A stretch of DNA of 64,000 nt from a virus (taxonomy: Duplodnaviria; Caudoviricetes), in the IMG/VR virus record IMGVR_UViG_3300032167_000039; one strand, 5' to 3'. Below the pieces are notes generated by a model. The model worked only from the letters and a program-made list of their open reading frames with translations. It was not told the DNA's origin and searched no databases. Each line of letters starts with the position of its first letter. The stretch's first letter is position 1. The translations under genes and the position numbers were made by a program. Shown here in pieces: positions 31,012 to 40,657 of this stretch.

Positions 31012-31149
31012 TTATTCCTTTTCTATTAAATCGATTTTAACAATTAAATCCAAACACTCTGGATTAATTTTTTCTAATTCTTTAAGATAAAGATATAATT
31101 TCTTTAGTGATATAATACCATATTTTTTAAATAACTTTTGTTTATCCAT
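31012..31149 (-). CDS. short third paralog (45 aa)
   Basis: MDKQKLFKKYGIISLKKLYLYLKELEKINPECLDL; AGAGGT RBS. Confidence 0.55.
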   Translation of the reverse strand: MDKQKLFKKYGIISLKKLYLYLKELEKINPECLDLIVKIDLIEKE

Positions 31150-31164
31150 AAATTACCTCTCTTT

Positions 31165-31395
31165 TTAAATAATAGGAATCTCATTTGATGATATGTCATC
31201 ATCATCAGATAGAAGATGAATATGATTATCCATTACAAAGATATAATTTCCTGAAAATTTTTCATTGACTAGATGTGCACCAGAATAACCAGATTCTGAA
31301 GCTATAAATATTGGTAAGTCTAAATATTCTGGATTTATATTCTCTACTTTATCAATATCTTCACGAAGTTTTTTTAAAGTTAAACAATTAAACAT
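31165..31395 (-). CDS. small hypothetical protein, paralog of 30776..31009
   Basis: LTLKKL..NPEYLDL..IHLLSDDD. Confidence 0.7.
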   Translation of the reverse strand: MFNCLTLKKLREDIDKVENINPEYLDLPIFIASESGYSGAHLVNEKFSGNYIFVMDNHIHLLSDDDDISSNEIPII

Positions 31396-31477
31396 TCGTA
31401 ACTCACTCCTTAATTTTATTTTTCTACTTATATTATATCATAAACCAAAGAAAAAGTCAAGATGTTTGATCTTGACT

Positions 31478-32026
31478 TTATCCATTTATATAATTTATGA
31501 TTTCATAAATCTGTTCCCAACTTTCTGCACGATAAATTCCATGCTTGCCATTGTCAAAATCTTTATTCCACGGCGCCGAGAACAAAATTCCATGATATTT
31601 AGCATTAATAAGATTTTCTTCATAATCATCAATTAAAATATCAATTCCCGCCATATACTGTTTCTTAGGACAAGAAAATAAACTCTTTCTAATATCAAGA
31701 TATGGGAAATTTCTTTTAAGCCAATTTGCTTTCTTTTTAAGATTTTCTGGTTCAGTTGATGTTATGAAAATAATTGTATGCCCATCTCGATAAAGACGAG
31801 CAACATACTTCTGACAATCTTTTATTAACTTAATTCTTTTCCAAACACGTCTATCAACAAAGTAGTTCTTGAAATTATCTTTAAACTCAGGTTTTACAAA
31901 ATTATCAATATAATAAGACTTTACATCTTCTGGCTTAAGATTATCTCTACTATCTTCGTTATATACTGATAAAACAGCCTTACAGAGTGTGTTGAGTGTA
32001 TTATCTATATCTATTCCAATTATCAT
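31478..32026 (-). CDS. 5'(3')-deoxyribonucleotidase (HAD, NT5C family)
   Basis: IDIDNTL, FITS, K..WL, LIDD, APWN. Confidence 0.88.
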   Translation of the reverse strand: MIIGIDIDNTLNTLCKAVLSVYNEDSRDNLKPEDVKSYYIDNFVKPEFKDNFKNYFVDRRVWKRIKLIKDCQKYVARLYRDGHTIIFITSTEPENLKKKANWLKRNFPYLDIRKSLFSCPKKQYMAGIDILIDDYEENLINAKYHGILFSAPWNKDFDNGKHGIYRAESWEQIYEIINYING

Positions 32027-32568
32027 TTATCATTCTCCTTATTTAAATTTTTGATTGGTTCTATATTATAATAATCATTACAAGAGCGACATCCATCTGT
32101 TAGATCACAATCTTTACAATTTCCGCAACCCGGCGCGCCTCCATTGATTTGTGCAACTGCACAGGTTTTACAGATACATTGATAACATTTATCCTCTAAT
32201 TTCTGAATATCAAAAGGAAGTCTTATTCCTGGGTATGTATTCGCGCAAGGAAAAATAACTCCATATAAAAAATCTTTATCTATTGAATTATCATAAAAGC
32301 AAAAATGACAACGCACTCCGCAAAAACCAGAAGAATATTCTGGTACTTGAAAAATATAAAGTTTAGAATTTTTATAATCAATATCAAGAGAGTATTCACC
32401 TTTCATAAATGAATCTGGTGTAATTGTTATTTTTTCCATTAAATAGTCAATAAAAACTTTCCAATTATTTTCATGTACAAATACCACATAATAATATCTT
32501 TTATTAGATAAATTTTGGAAACAATCCATTAAAAAATCTAAAGTTTTTTCCATTATCTCGTCCTCCAT
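32023..32568 (-). CDS. hypothetical protein with Cys-rich C-terminus
   Basis: CYQCICKTC...CGNCKDC...CRSC. Confidence 0.65.
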   Translation of the reverse strand: MEDEIMEKTLDFLMDCFQNLSNKRYYYVVFVHENNWKVFIDYLMEKITITPDSFMKGEYSLDIDYKNSKLYIFQVPEYSSGFCGVRCHFCFYDNSIDKDFLYGVIFPCANTYPGIRLPFDIQKLEDKCYQCICKTCAVAQINGGAPGCGNCKDCDLTDGCRSCNDYYNIEPIKNLNKENDK

Positions 32569-33332
32569 TCAAAATCTCTAACAATATTCTTCATATCCTC
32601 ATTAAGATATCCCCACATTTTCTCCTCAATCTCTTCTGGAATACCAAACAACGGCTCCGCCATACTTCCAACAATTGCGCAGATAGTATCTGTATCGCCG
32701 CCAACCCAAACTGCTTTTCTCATTGCTTCTTCAAAACTATTACTTTCCAGAAGAATTGAAAAACAAATTGGCACAGTTCCTTGACAAGTTTCATTAAATT
32801 TAATCTTCTTAACTGGCGGCAGTTCATATAATTTATTAGCAAGTTTTCTAATATCTTCTTTTGTTGCGCCATTTAAAAGATACCAAATTGCAGAACTAAC
32901 AGCTTTTGCGCCCTTGAGTGATTCTTTGTGATTATGAGAAATTAATGTGGCGGCATTTGTCTGCTTTAACATTTCTTCAAAATTATCTTTATAGAAATAT
33001 GGAATTGCAGAAATTCTCATTGCGGCGCCATTGCCATAAGAACCATATGGCTTTGGAGGATTTTGTTTAAGCCATTTTTGAAAATTTCCACCATAGCCAG
33101 CATTATAACCACTTGCATCAATTTTATTACAAAAACTCCAAAGATTTTTCGCATAATCTGTAGTCGAAGGCTTTTCTTTTTCCAACAGGGCTTTTGCAAT
33201 ACCACAAGTACATATAGTATCATCAGTATAAAAATTTATCAATGTAAATAATTCAAAGTCATTTGGCTCGCCTTTATAATTATCAAATTCATAAATTGAA
33301 CCAATAATATCTCCTATAATTGCTCCCTTCAT
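32553..33332 (-). CDS. ADP-ribosylglycohydrolase (DraG/ARH family)
   Basis: GAIIGDIIGS, YTDDT, SYGNGAAMRI, GGDTDT. Confidence 0.92.
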   Translation of the reverse strand: MKGAIIGDIIGSIYEFDNYKGEPNDFELFTLINFYTDDTICTCGIAKALLEKEKPSTTDYAKNLWSFCNKIDASGYNAGYGGNFQKWLKQNPPKPYGSYGNGAAMRISAIPYFYKDNFEEMLKQTNAATLISHNHKESLKGAKAVSSAIWYLLNGATKEDIRKLANKLYELPPVKKIKFNETCQGTVPICFSILLESNSFEEAMRKAVWVGGDTDTICAIVGSMAEPLFGIPEEIEEKMWGYLNEDMKNIVRDFEWRTR

Positions 33333-33333
33333 T

Positions 33334-33810
33334 TTATACCTCCATTTTTCCTTTTACAGCAAGATTATCAACATATTCATTCCACTTGTCACCTGCGTGT
33401 CCTTTAACCTTAATAAATTCAATGTTCTTGCTTTTCTCAAGGTAACTATAAATTTCCTTGATAATCTCGAGATTTTCAATAGGTTCGTGTTTCTTTCCTC
33501 GTGTCCAACCATTTTTTACCCATCCATAAACCCAACCACCAGGTTTAAGCATATTAATACAATATGCGGAATCGCAATGAATTTTAAGACAATCTGAATC
33601 TAAAAAATTATTATGGAAATGTTTTAAAGCCATATATATAGCATAAAGTTCACAAAAATTGTTGGTAGTTTGATTAAAATGTTTCGTTTCTTCATATATA
33701 ATTTCGTTATTATCAATCAATATAAATGCCGCCCCGCCATTTTCTCTAATATACTCTCCATTAATACATTTCATTGAGGCGGCGCCATCTGTATAATAAA
33801 CTCTATCCAT
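33334..33810 (-). CDS. rnhA: ribonuclease HI
   Basis: YTDGA, TNNFCEL, CDSAYC, KVKGH, NEYVD; start MDRV after GGAGG. Confidence 0.9.
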   Translation of the reverse strand: MDRVYYTDGAASMKCINGEYIRENGGAAFILIDNNEIIYEETKHFNQTTNNFCELYAIYMALKHFHNNFLDSDCLKIHCDSAYCINMLKPGGWVYGWVKNGWTRGKKHEPIENLEIIKEIYSYLEKSKNIEFIKVKGHAGDKWNEYVDNLAVKGKMEV

Positions 33811-33811
33811 A

Positions 33812-34303
33812 CTAATCCTCCTTATATTTCCAATGATAACCATAAGCTTGCTTATATTGTCCTTTACAACATTTATGAATTAAACTATTATCATATCCAT
33901 ATTTCTTTTTTATTTCAGTTGCATTAAGAAATATTTCATTTGTTTCTATGCAAATAATTTTTCGAGATATTTTTTCTATACTACGGATATTCCTACTTCC
34001 AAAATTACAATTTTGCTTATGTGAACACCATTCTAAATTATTTACTTTATTATTTAATTTATTTTCATCCTTATGATTCACTTCATTATAATTATTGATA
34101 TTTTGTAAAAAATTTTCTGCAACTAATCGATGAATAAGATAATTTTTTCTTTTTCCATTTTTATATAAAATAATACAAACATAACCGGAATTATTAATAT
34201 ATGTTTTTCTTTGCTTTTTAGTTTTGTAATTTCTTATATTACCAAAATTAGAAATTTCATAAAATTTTTCATATCCTTTTAAATCTATCCAATTTTCATC
34301 CAT
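33812..34303 (-). CDS. NUMOD4-HNH homing endonuclease
   Basis: W..L.GYE..YEISNFG, IHRLVA, VNHKDENKLNN..NLEW. Confidence 0.9.
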   Translation of the reverse strand: MDENWIDLKGYEKFYEISNFGNIRNYKTKKQRKTYINNSGYVCIILYKNGKRKNYLIHRLVAENFLQNINNYNEVNHKDENKLNNKVNNLEWCSHKQNCNFGSRNIRSIEKISRKIICIETNEIFLNATEIKKKYGYDNSLIHKCCKGQYKQAYGYHWKYKED

Positions 34304-34390
34304 TATAAATAATCCTCCTTTTCAATTTTTCATAATAATTATATCATAATAAAAAGAAAAAGTCAAGACTTTAATCTTGACTTTTAAATA

Positions 34391-34894
34391 TTATTCGCCT
34401 CTAATAAAAGTTTCATAAAATATATTTGCCTCTTCAAACAGCTCTGTAAGACCACGACTATTATCTACACAAATATCATAATCAAAATCATCAACACAAT
34501 CATCTGCATGATTTCCATATGTAACAACTTCTTTTCCTCTTTGCACAAGAACTGCCATCGCTTGATATTCTTCAATAAACCTTTGAATATCTGCCGGCTC
34601 GCGACTATCAATAAATATAGCTTCTACATCGTTAAGCTCTTTAATTTTATTACATACACTCTGATGTGGCGAATCATTCCATCGAGTCAATAAATCCTTT
34701 AAGTCTGAGAGCATTCGTCGATTTTCAAGCGTTTTTGTTCCGTCCCAGCCAATATTCTTCGCAATATCTTTTACATAATCAATTGTTGATAGAACTGCAA
34801 TCTTTTGATTGTGCGCCGCCGCAATTTCAACAACCATTTTTTCAAAAGAGGTCTTTCCACATCCGCCTCTTCCATTAACTATAAATATTTTCAC
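34391..34894 (-). CDS. P-loop nucleotide kinase (dNMP kinase-like)
   Basis: GRGGCGKT, FIDSRE, NHAD. Confidence 0.7.
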   Translation of the reverse strand: MKIFIVNGRGGCGKTSFEKMVVEIAAAHNQKIAVLSTIDYVKDIAKNIGWDGTKTLENRRMLSDLKDLLTRWNDSPHQSVCNKIKELNDVEAIFIDSREPADIQRFIEEYQAMAVLVQRGKEVVTYGNHADDCVDDFDYDICVDNSRGLTELFEEANIFYETFIRGE

Positions 34895-35738
34895 CTATAT
34901 ATTCCTCCCTTTGCTCTTTAAGCTGATTGATTTTTTCTTTAGAAATATTTAAATTATATCCTTTTATTGCTGCGTTTCTGCTATTAATAAAGAAATTTAA
35001 ATTATCAATTATGAATTGTTCCTTTTCTTTTGGACATTCATAAAAAATAATATAATTTTTTTCTTCTTTTAATATTCTATCATACTCTGGAAAATCACTT
35101 TCGTCCCCATTTAATTTATATATTATTATATCTGGGATTGGATTGCAATACTTATCATAAAATACTTTTGGCAATGTATTTCCAAGAGACATTTTATTAA
35201 AAGTTTCATTTATTGTTGAAATTATCATTCCATTTAAAGGACTTAATAATTCTCTATTATCTTTATTCCATAAATTAAAGAAACAACATAAATGATTTAA
35301 TTGTTCTGGAGTAAATTTATCTATAATAGAAATAGACTTACTTAAATCATTAAAATCTTTTTCTGAAAAATCTACATAATATAGAGGGTTAAAACAATCT
35401 ATAAAGATTGTATTCTTTTTATGTTTTGCTCTCCATTTTGTAATAATATCTTTTTTATTATAAAATAAGTGTTTTGTTTTCTTGATTTTACCATAAACTT
35501 TCAAATTAAAAGGATATACGCCCTGAATATTTTTAAGAATATAATATGTAAGAATACCAAAAATATTGTCTTGATATTCTAATATAAAATTATGTGTATT
35601 AAAAACATCTTTATATTTTTCTACAAATTTATTCATAATTATATTTAAGGTTCTATCAGTTTGTTTTTCATAATTTATCATATGCGTATTATAATCTAAA
35701 TTTAAATTATGAAGAATTATTCGTTGCTCAAAATTCAT
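34875..35738 (-). CDS. hypothetical protein
   Basis: 287-aa ORF with GGAGG RBS; first gene of the left arm after a sigmaA promoter. Confidence 0.65.
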   Translation of the reverse strand: MNFEQRIILHNLNLDYNTHMINYEKQTDRTLNIIMNKFVEKYKDVFNTHNFILEYQDNIFGILTYYILKNIQGVYPFNLKVYGKIKKTKHLFYNKKDIITKWRAKHKKNTIFIDCFNPLYYVDFSEKDFNDLSKSISIIDKFTPEQLNHLCCFFNLWNKDNRELLSPLNGMIISTINETFNKMSLGNTLPKVFYDKYCNPIPDIIIYKLNGDESDFPEYDRILKEEKNYIIFYECPKEKEQFIIDNLNFFINSRNAAIKGYNLNISKEKINQLKEQREEYIGENIYS

Positions 35739-35762
35739 ATTATCAATCCTCCTATTATCTTA

Positions 35763-35844
35763 ATTATACTATAATTCTATTAAAAAGTCAAGAAAAACAC
35801 AATCGAGGTATTTATTTGACATTTTCTGTGAAGAATACTATAAT
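35763..35844. promoter_or_regulatory. divergent sigmaA-type promoters at the strand switch
   Basis: Minus strand TTGACT(35791-86)-17-TATAAT(35768-63); plus strand TTGACA(35816-21)-17-TATAAT(35839-44). Confidence 0.85.
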
Positions 35845-35863
35845 AATATTAAGGGGTGAAATA

Positions 35864-36112
35864 ATGAGTATTACTTACCGTTTAAAAAGAGATATTGTTT
35901 CAAGAACGGCTGCCAATTTAGTATTTGGTATTTCTGAAGCAAAATCAGTTCATATTATTAAAAATGAAAGATGTTTTAACGGGAAATCTTTAATTGGAAT
36001 ATTATCAAATAGTCTTCGTTTCAATGATATTATTACAATTAAAGTGGAAGAAGTCGAAGACATAAAAATTATTAAAGAAGCCTTTAGTGGCTTAGGAGAT
36101 GTGATTGAATAA
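35864..36112 (+). CDS. HPr-like protein lacking His15
   Basis: NGKSLIGIL (Ser46 motif); IVSRTAA in place of GLHARPAA; ATG after GGGGTGA. Confidence 0.7.
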   Translation: MSITYRLKRDIVSRTAANLVFGISEAKSVHIIKNERCFNGKSLIGILSNSLRFNDIITIKVEEVEDIKIIKEAFSGLGDVIE

Positions 36113-36402
36113 TGGATTACAGAATGTATGACAAGGGCGCGCCCGCTGGTGAAAATGTTGTTGAATTAATTGCTAAGCATCTTCGTGAACAAGGACAAGT
36201 AAAAACAGGAAAACTTATTCTTGACTTTGTTGGTTTTGAGGGTGCAGTGGGAACAACTTTTACTCTCAATAATCAAGAAGACAAAATGATGATTCCAAGT
36301 TGTGGACATTTCATTACTCCTCATTATGGAGATAGATATATGAAAATTCACAGTTTGGTATTTGATAGTGCTTTTACTGGCAATATTTATTATATTATAT
36401 AA
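36112..36402 (+). CDS. hypothetical protein, possibly virion-associated
   Basis: Coupled ORF (TAATG overlap) ahead of the fibre gene. Confidence 0.6.
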   Translation: MDYRMYDKGAPAGENVVELIAKHLREQGQVKTGKLILDFVGFEGAVGTTFTLNNQEDKMMIPSCGHFITPHYGDRYMKIHSLVFDSAFTGNIYYII

Positions 36403-36416
36403 GGTGGTGAAAGTCA

Positions 36417-39400
36417 ATGGGATTTTTTGATCCATTTGGTGGAAATCAAGGCGGCTCTGGTGGAGGTAGTGTAGATATTGATGTTTCATTAACTCAGTCT
36501 GGCAAAGCTGCCGACGCAAAAGTAGTTGGAGATAAGATTAAAAATATTGAGGAAAATGGGACTGCGAAGATTAATGATGTTAAGATAGTTGGAGAGCTTG
36601 ATTCTGTTGATGATTTAAGTATTCCTGGAAAAATTCTGGAAGAAGGCAGTGAAATAGAAATAGGAACAACAAATGAGATAATAGGAAAAAACGCAGAAAT
36701 TTTTAATGATTATGAAGCAAATATTGCAATAGGGGAATATAGTCATGTAGAAGGCACAAAAAATCGTGCTCATGGAGCATATAGCCATGTTGAAGGATAT
36801 GGAAATAAAGCTTCAGGAATTGCAGCACATGTTGAAGGAGATTCATCAATTAATCCACCTCATACAATTAATGCCACAGTGAGTCCCATTCCTGCTGAGA
36901 GAGCTTCTGGACAAGCAAGCCACGCAGAAGGCACAGCAACCGCAACAGGTCTTTTATCTCATGCAGAAGGCGGCTGGGCGACCGCATCTGGAATATGCTC
37001 TCATGCCGAAGGTGGCTATACATATGCAACAAATTATGGAGCGCACGCTGAAGGAGGGCCATATTCTGATAAATTTAATTTTAGAGAATGGACTCGAGCA
37101 GATGGTATTAGTTCACACGCAGAAGGCGGTTTTACTTGGGCATATGGATTAAATTCTCATAGTGAAGGACAGAAAACAACCGCATATGGTGTATCTGCCC
37201 ATGCTGAAGGTTTGTCTTCTAATCCTATATTTGATAATATTACTGATATTGCCGATCTAACAAAAGATGAAATAATCGAGGAGTGGACGGCTAAAAGATT
37301 TTCTCTTGCTTATGACACAGGAGCACATACGGAAGGATATAATACTCTTGCTTTGGGAACTTTTTCTCATGCAGAGGGTTTTGAGACTAAAGCGAAGGCG
37401 ACCGGTTCACATGCAGAAGGAAGTGGTACATCGGCTTTAGCAGACTATACTCATGCAGAGGGAATAAATTCTTCTGCTGAGGGCACAGGAGATCATGCCG
37501 AAGGATTTGCATCTAAAGCAAAAGGAGGCTTTTCTCATGCAGAAGGTTGGCAAACTGAAGCTTCTGGTCCGCAAGGCTGTCATGCAGAAGGTAATGGTTC
37601 TATAGCCTCTGCAACAGGCGCGCATGCCGAAGGTCTTAATACAATTGCATCGGGATCAGGTTCTCATGCAGAGGGATTAAGTGCAGGTAATGAAAAGAAT
37701 CAAGCAACAATGGCTGGAGCCCATGCAGAGGGATTAGGTACAAAAGCTTTAGGTAATGGATCTCATTCTGAGGGTATGCATTCTACTAGTACATATAATA
37801 ATCAAACCACATATATTTACACTGTCGCTTCGGGTGAAGGTAGCCATGCGGAAGGTATAGCAACTTTAGCCTCAGGAAGAAGCTCACATTCTGAAGGCAT
37901 GAGGACTACCGCATCCGGGCAAAGTTCTCACGCAGAGGGCGGCGGCACACTCGCTGCTGGTTATGAATCACACGTAGAGAATAGCGGTAATAGCGCTTAT
38001 GGATCATCCTCTCATGCCGAAGGTGCGGGTAATATTGTAAGTGGAACTAATTCTCATGTTGAAGGATCTGGCAATAAAATTCGCTCATCTTACTCTGGAG
38101 CAGAAGATTCAACTATAGATAATTATTGTGGTCATTCAACCCATGTAGAGGGTGCAGGAAATACAGCATATGGAGCATATCATTCTCATATTGAAGGAAC
38201 TGGAAATACTCTAGGCAAAAAAGATAGTGGATTAAGCACGTATGGTGCACATATTGAAGGTACTGGTAATACTGTTTTGGCAAAAGCCGGTCATGCAGAA
38301 GGTGGAGGAAATTTAATTGATCTTAATGCAGTCCACGGACATGTTGAAGGTTATCATACCACAGCCTCTAAAGACAGCGCTCATGCAGAAGGTAAAAATA
38401 CTACAGCTTCCGGGGAGAGTTCTCATGCAGAGGGGTTAAGCACAATATCTGAAGGATTTTATTCACACACAGAAGGAGGCGGAACACAAGCTCTTGGACC
38501 GGGATGCCATGCAGAAGGAGGAGGCTCAATAGCGGGTATAAAACCAACTGCCAATGTACCTGCGCCACTTCAACCTAATTATGCGCATGCAGAAGGAGAT
38601 AATACTATAGCTTCCGGAGGAAGTTCTCATGCAGAAGGTGGTCGGACAAAAGCGCTTGGACAAACGTCTCATGCTGAGGGCGAAGGCAGTACAGCAAGCG
38701 GGTCAGTATCTCATGCCGAAGGCTATGGTGGTACAGCAAGCGGAATGGCATCTCATGCTGAAGGTATGAGAACCACTGCGTCGGGACAAGGTTCTCATGC
38801 AGAGGGTTTTTCCGATGTTAGGCTTGACACATTTACAGAAGACTACAGCACAAAAGAAGCGATAGAAGAGTTATGGAAAAAACAAGTTGCGGAAAAAAAG
38901 TTTTCCTGTGCTTTTGGTGATGAATCCCATGTTGAGGGTGGTTGTAATTTAGCTACTGGAGTTGGTGCACATGCAGAAGGAGGCTGGACACTTGCTTCTG
39001 GGAAAAAATCTCATGCAGAAGGTTCTGGAACACAAGCAATAGGAGAAGAATCACACGCTGAAGGAGCAGGTAGTATAGCACGTGGGAATCATTCTCATGC
39101 TGAAGGAGCTGGGACGACTGCGAGTGCACAAGATTCTCACGCAGAGGGCGGTGGCACAATAGCAAGTGGACAAAATTCTCATGCCGAAGGAGCAGGAACG
39201 GAAGCCTCAGGAAGCGGATCTCATGCAGAAGGACAAGGCAGTAGAGCCACGGATGGGGCTGCGCACGCAGAGGGTGCAGGCGCAATCGCTTCAGGCTGGG
39301 CATCTCATGCAGAAGGTTCTGGAACTATTGCGAGTGGAACTAATTCACATGCTGAAGGGGGAGGCAGCAGAGCGAATGGAAAAGAGTCCCATGCCGAAGG

Positions 39401-39992
39401 AAGTGGGACTACTGCTTCAAGCTCGTCATCTCATGCAGAAGGAGGAGGAACTACTGCCTTAGGTTCTGAGTCTCATGCAGAAGGAAAAAGTACTTATAAA
39501 CAATCTGATGTAATAGAAATAACAAATATGACAACAAACGATGAAATTATTGCCGCTTGGAATTCTAAAAACTTTAGTTTAGCCAAGAGCACCGGTTCGC
39601 ATTGCGAAGGAATTAATACTTTGGCTCTTGGCGCAGCTTCCCACGCCGCCGGTGTTAGTACAATAGCAAACAAAACTGCTCAAACTGCTGTTGGTAAATA
39701 TAATACCGAAGACGTAAACGAAGATACTGAATATGGCAAATATAGTTTTATTATTGGTAATGGTGAAGATGATGCTAACCGTTCCAATGCTTTTGCTATA
39801 GACTGGGAAGGAAATATTTATGTTAATAATAGTGAAACAGGCGTAAGTGTATTAGATCTATTAAATAGAATCAAAGCTCTTGAAAATGCAATATCTTCAA
39901 ATAAGATTCTTTTAACAGACGATACAACTGGAACAATCTATCAGCTTGGTATAAATAATGGAACAACATATTTTAAAGAATATATTGGATAA
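36417..39992 (+). CDS. tail fibre/adhesin with YadA-head-like SHAEG repeats
   Basis: Dozens of ~14-aa xSHAEGxxTxAxG repeats; C-terminal GKYN..FIIGNG...RSNAF..W.GN motif. Confidence 0.85.
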   Translation: MGFFDPFGGNQGGSGGGSVDIDVSLTQSGKAADAKVVGDKIKNIEENGTAKINDVKIVGELDSVDDLSIPGKILEEGSEIEIGTTNEIIGKNAEIFNDYEANIAIGEYSHVEGTKNRAHGAYSHVEGYGNKASGIAAHVEGDSSINPPHTINATVSPIPAERASGQASHAEGTATATGLLSHAEGGWATASGICSHAEGGYTYATNYGAHAEGGPYSDKFNFREWTRADGISSHAEGGFTWAYGLNSHSEGQKTTAYGVSAHAEGLSSNPIFDNITDIADLTKDEIIEEWTAKRFSLAYDTGAHTEGYNTLALGTFSHAEGFETKAKATGSHAEGSGTSALADYTHAEGINSSAEGTGDHAEGFASKAKGGFSHAEGWQTEASGPQGCHAEGNGSIASATGAHAEGLNTIASGSGSHAEGLSAGNEKNQATMAGAHAEGLGTKALGNGSHSEGMHSTSTYNNQTTYIYTVASGEGSHAEGIATLASGRSSHSEGMRTTASGQSSHAEGGGTLAAGYESHVENSGNSAYGSSSHAEGAGNIVSGTNSHVEGSGNKIRSSYSGAEDSTIDNYCGHSTHVEGAGNTAYGAYHSHIEGTGNTLGKKDSGLSTYGAHIEGTGNTVLAKAGHAEGGGNLIDLNAVHGHVEGYHTTASKDSAHAEGKNTTASGESSHAEGLSTISEGFYSHTEGGGTQALGPGCHAEGGGSIAGIKPTANVPAPLQPNYAHAEGDNTIASGGSSHAEGGRTKALGQTSHAEGEGSTASGSVSHAEGYGGTASGMASHAEGMRTTASGQGSHAEGFSDVRLDTFTEDYSTKEAIEELWKKQVAEKKFSCAFGDESHVEGGCNLATGVGAHAEGGWTLASGKKSHAEGSGTQAIGEESHAEGAGSIARGNHSHAEGAGTTASAQDSHAEGGGTIASGQNSHAEGAGTEASGSGSHAEGQGSRATDGAAHAEGAGAIASGWASHAEGSGTIASGTNSHAEGGGSRANGKESHAEGSGTTASSSSSHAEGGGTTALGSESHAEGKSTYKQSDVIEITNMTTNDEIIAAWNSKNFSLAKSTGSHCEGINTLALGAASHAAGVSTIANKTAQTAVGKYNTEDVNEDTEYGKYSFIIGNGEDDANRSNAFAIDWEGNIYVNNSETGVSVLDLLNRIKALENAISSNKILLTDDTTGTIYQLGINNGTTYFKEYIG

Positions 39993-40013
39993 ATATAATA
40001 AATTAGGAGGAAT

Positions 40014-40394
40014 ATGATTATGACGAAGGAAAGATTTTTCGTAGAAATTAACGATGAAAATGCTGTATATGATGGTGATACTCTTAAGGTAACACTTCCT
40101 TGCGATAAACAGAGTTGCGAAGGAGTTGATTTTTATTTCTCCAAAGAATGGACAGAAAATAAAAATCTTATAGTTGAATCTGCTTCAATCTCACCTGCAC
40201 CTCTTGAGTGTTATTGGAACTGGCTTATGACATTACAAGGTGCACCTGATTATGAGGTTTATCCAAATGGTGGTAGTGTTGATATTAGTAAATATACAAG
40301 AACTGGCACTCCCGGCGCATTTGGTTTTAGCGGCCATACATCTGGTGAAGAGGACATCACTATTACCTTTAAAATTAAAAAATACGATCTCTAA
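40014..40394 (+). CDS. hypothetical beta-rich protein
   Basis: AGGAGG RBS, located in the tail module. Confidence 0.65.
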   Translation: MIMTKERFFVEINDENAVYDGDTLKVTLPCDKQSCEGVDFYFSKEWTENKNLIVESASISPAPLECYWNWLMTLQGAPDYEVYPNGGSVDISKYTRTGTPGAFGFSGHTSGEEDITITFKIKKYDL

Positions 40395-40419
40395 ATGATA
40401 TAATATGAGAAAGAGGTTA

Positions 40420-40657
40420 ATGAACATTTTCAAATATCTTGTTCTTTTCCTAATTGGCGGCGCCACATATTTTTGAATTGAAATTTTGTGGCGCGACAAT
40501 TCTCATTGGGCAAATCTGTTTGCCTTTTACTTTGATTTGGATTGTACTATCTGCTGCTATAATTGTGATGGATGATTGAGTACGATACAAGGTTTTCAAT
40601 AAAGAAAAACCACATTATACGAGTCTAATTCTTAATAAATTAAGAGGTGAGAAATAA
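40420..40657 (+). pseudogene. decayed membrane protein (CmpB/putative ABC type IV-like)
   Basis: KYLVLFLIGGATYF*IEILWRDNSHW, then +1 frame GQICLPFTLIWIVLSAAIIVMDD*VRY..EKPHY: two TGA stops, a frameshift and an apparent internal deletion. Confidence 0.7.

Noticed and set aside
36417-39992. Bacterial trimeric autotransporter adhesin
   Set aside because: No signal peptide or C-terminal beta-barrel anchor; the context is a phage tail module of a Gram-positive host.
40420-40657. TGA-to-Trp stop-codon reassignment
   Set aside because: The locus also has a frameshift. Other genes are full-length in code 11, use TGG for Trp, and several end in TGA (43651, 46237, 55245, 56788).
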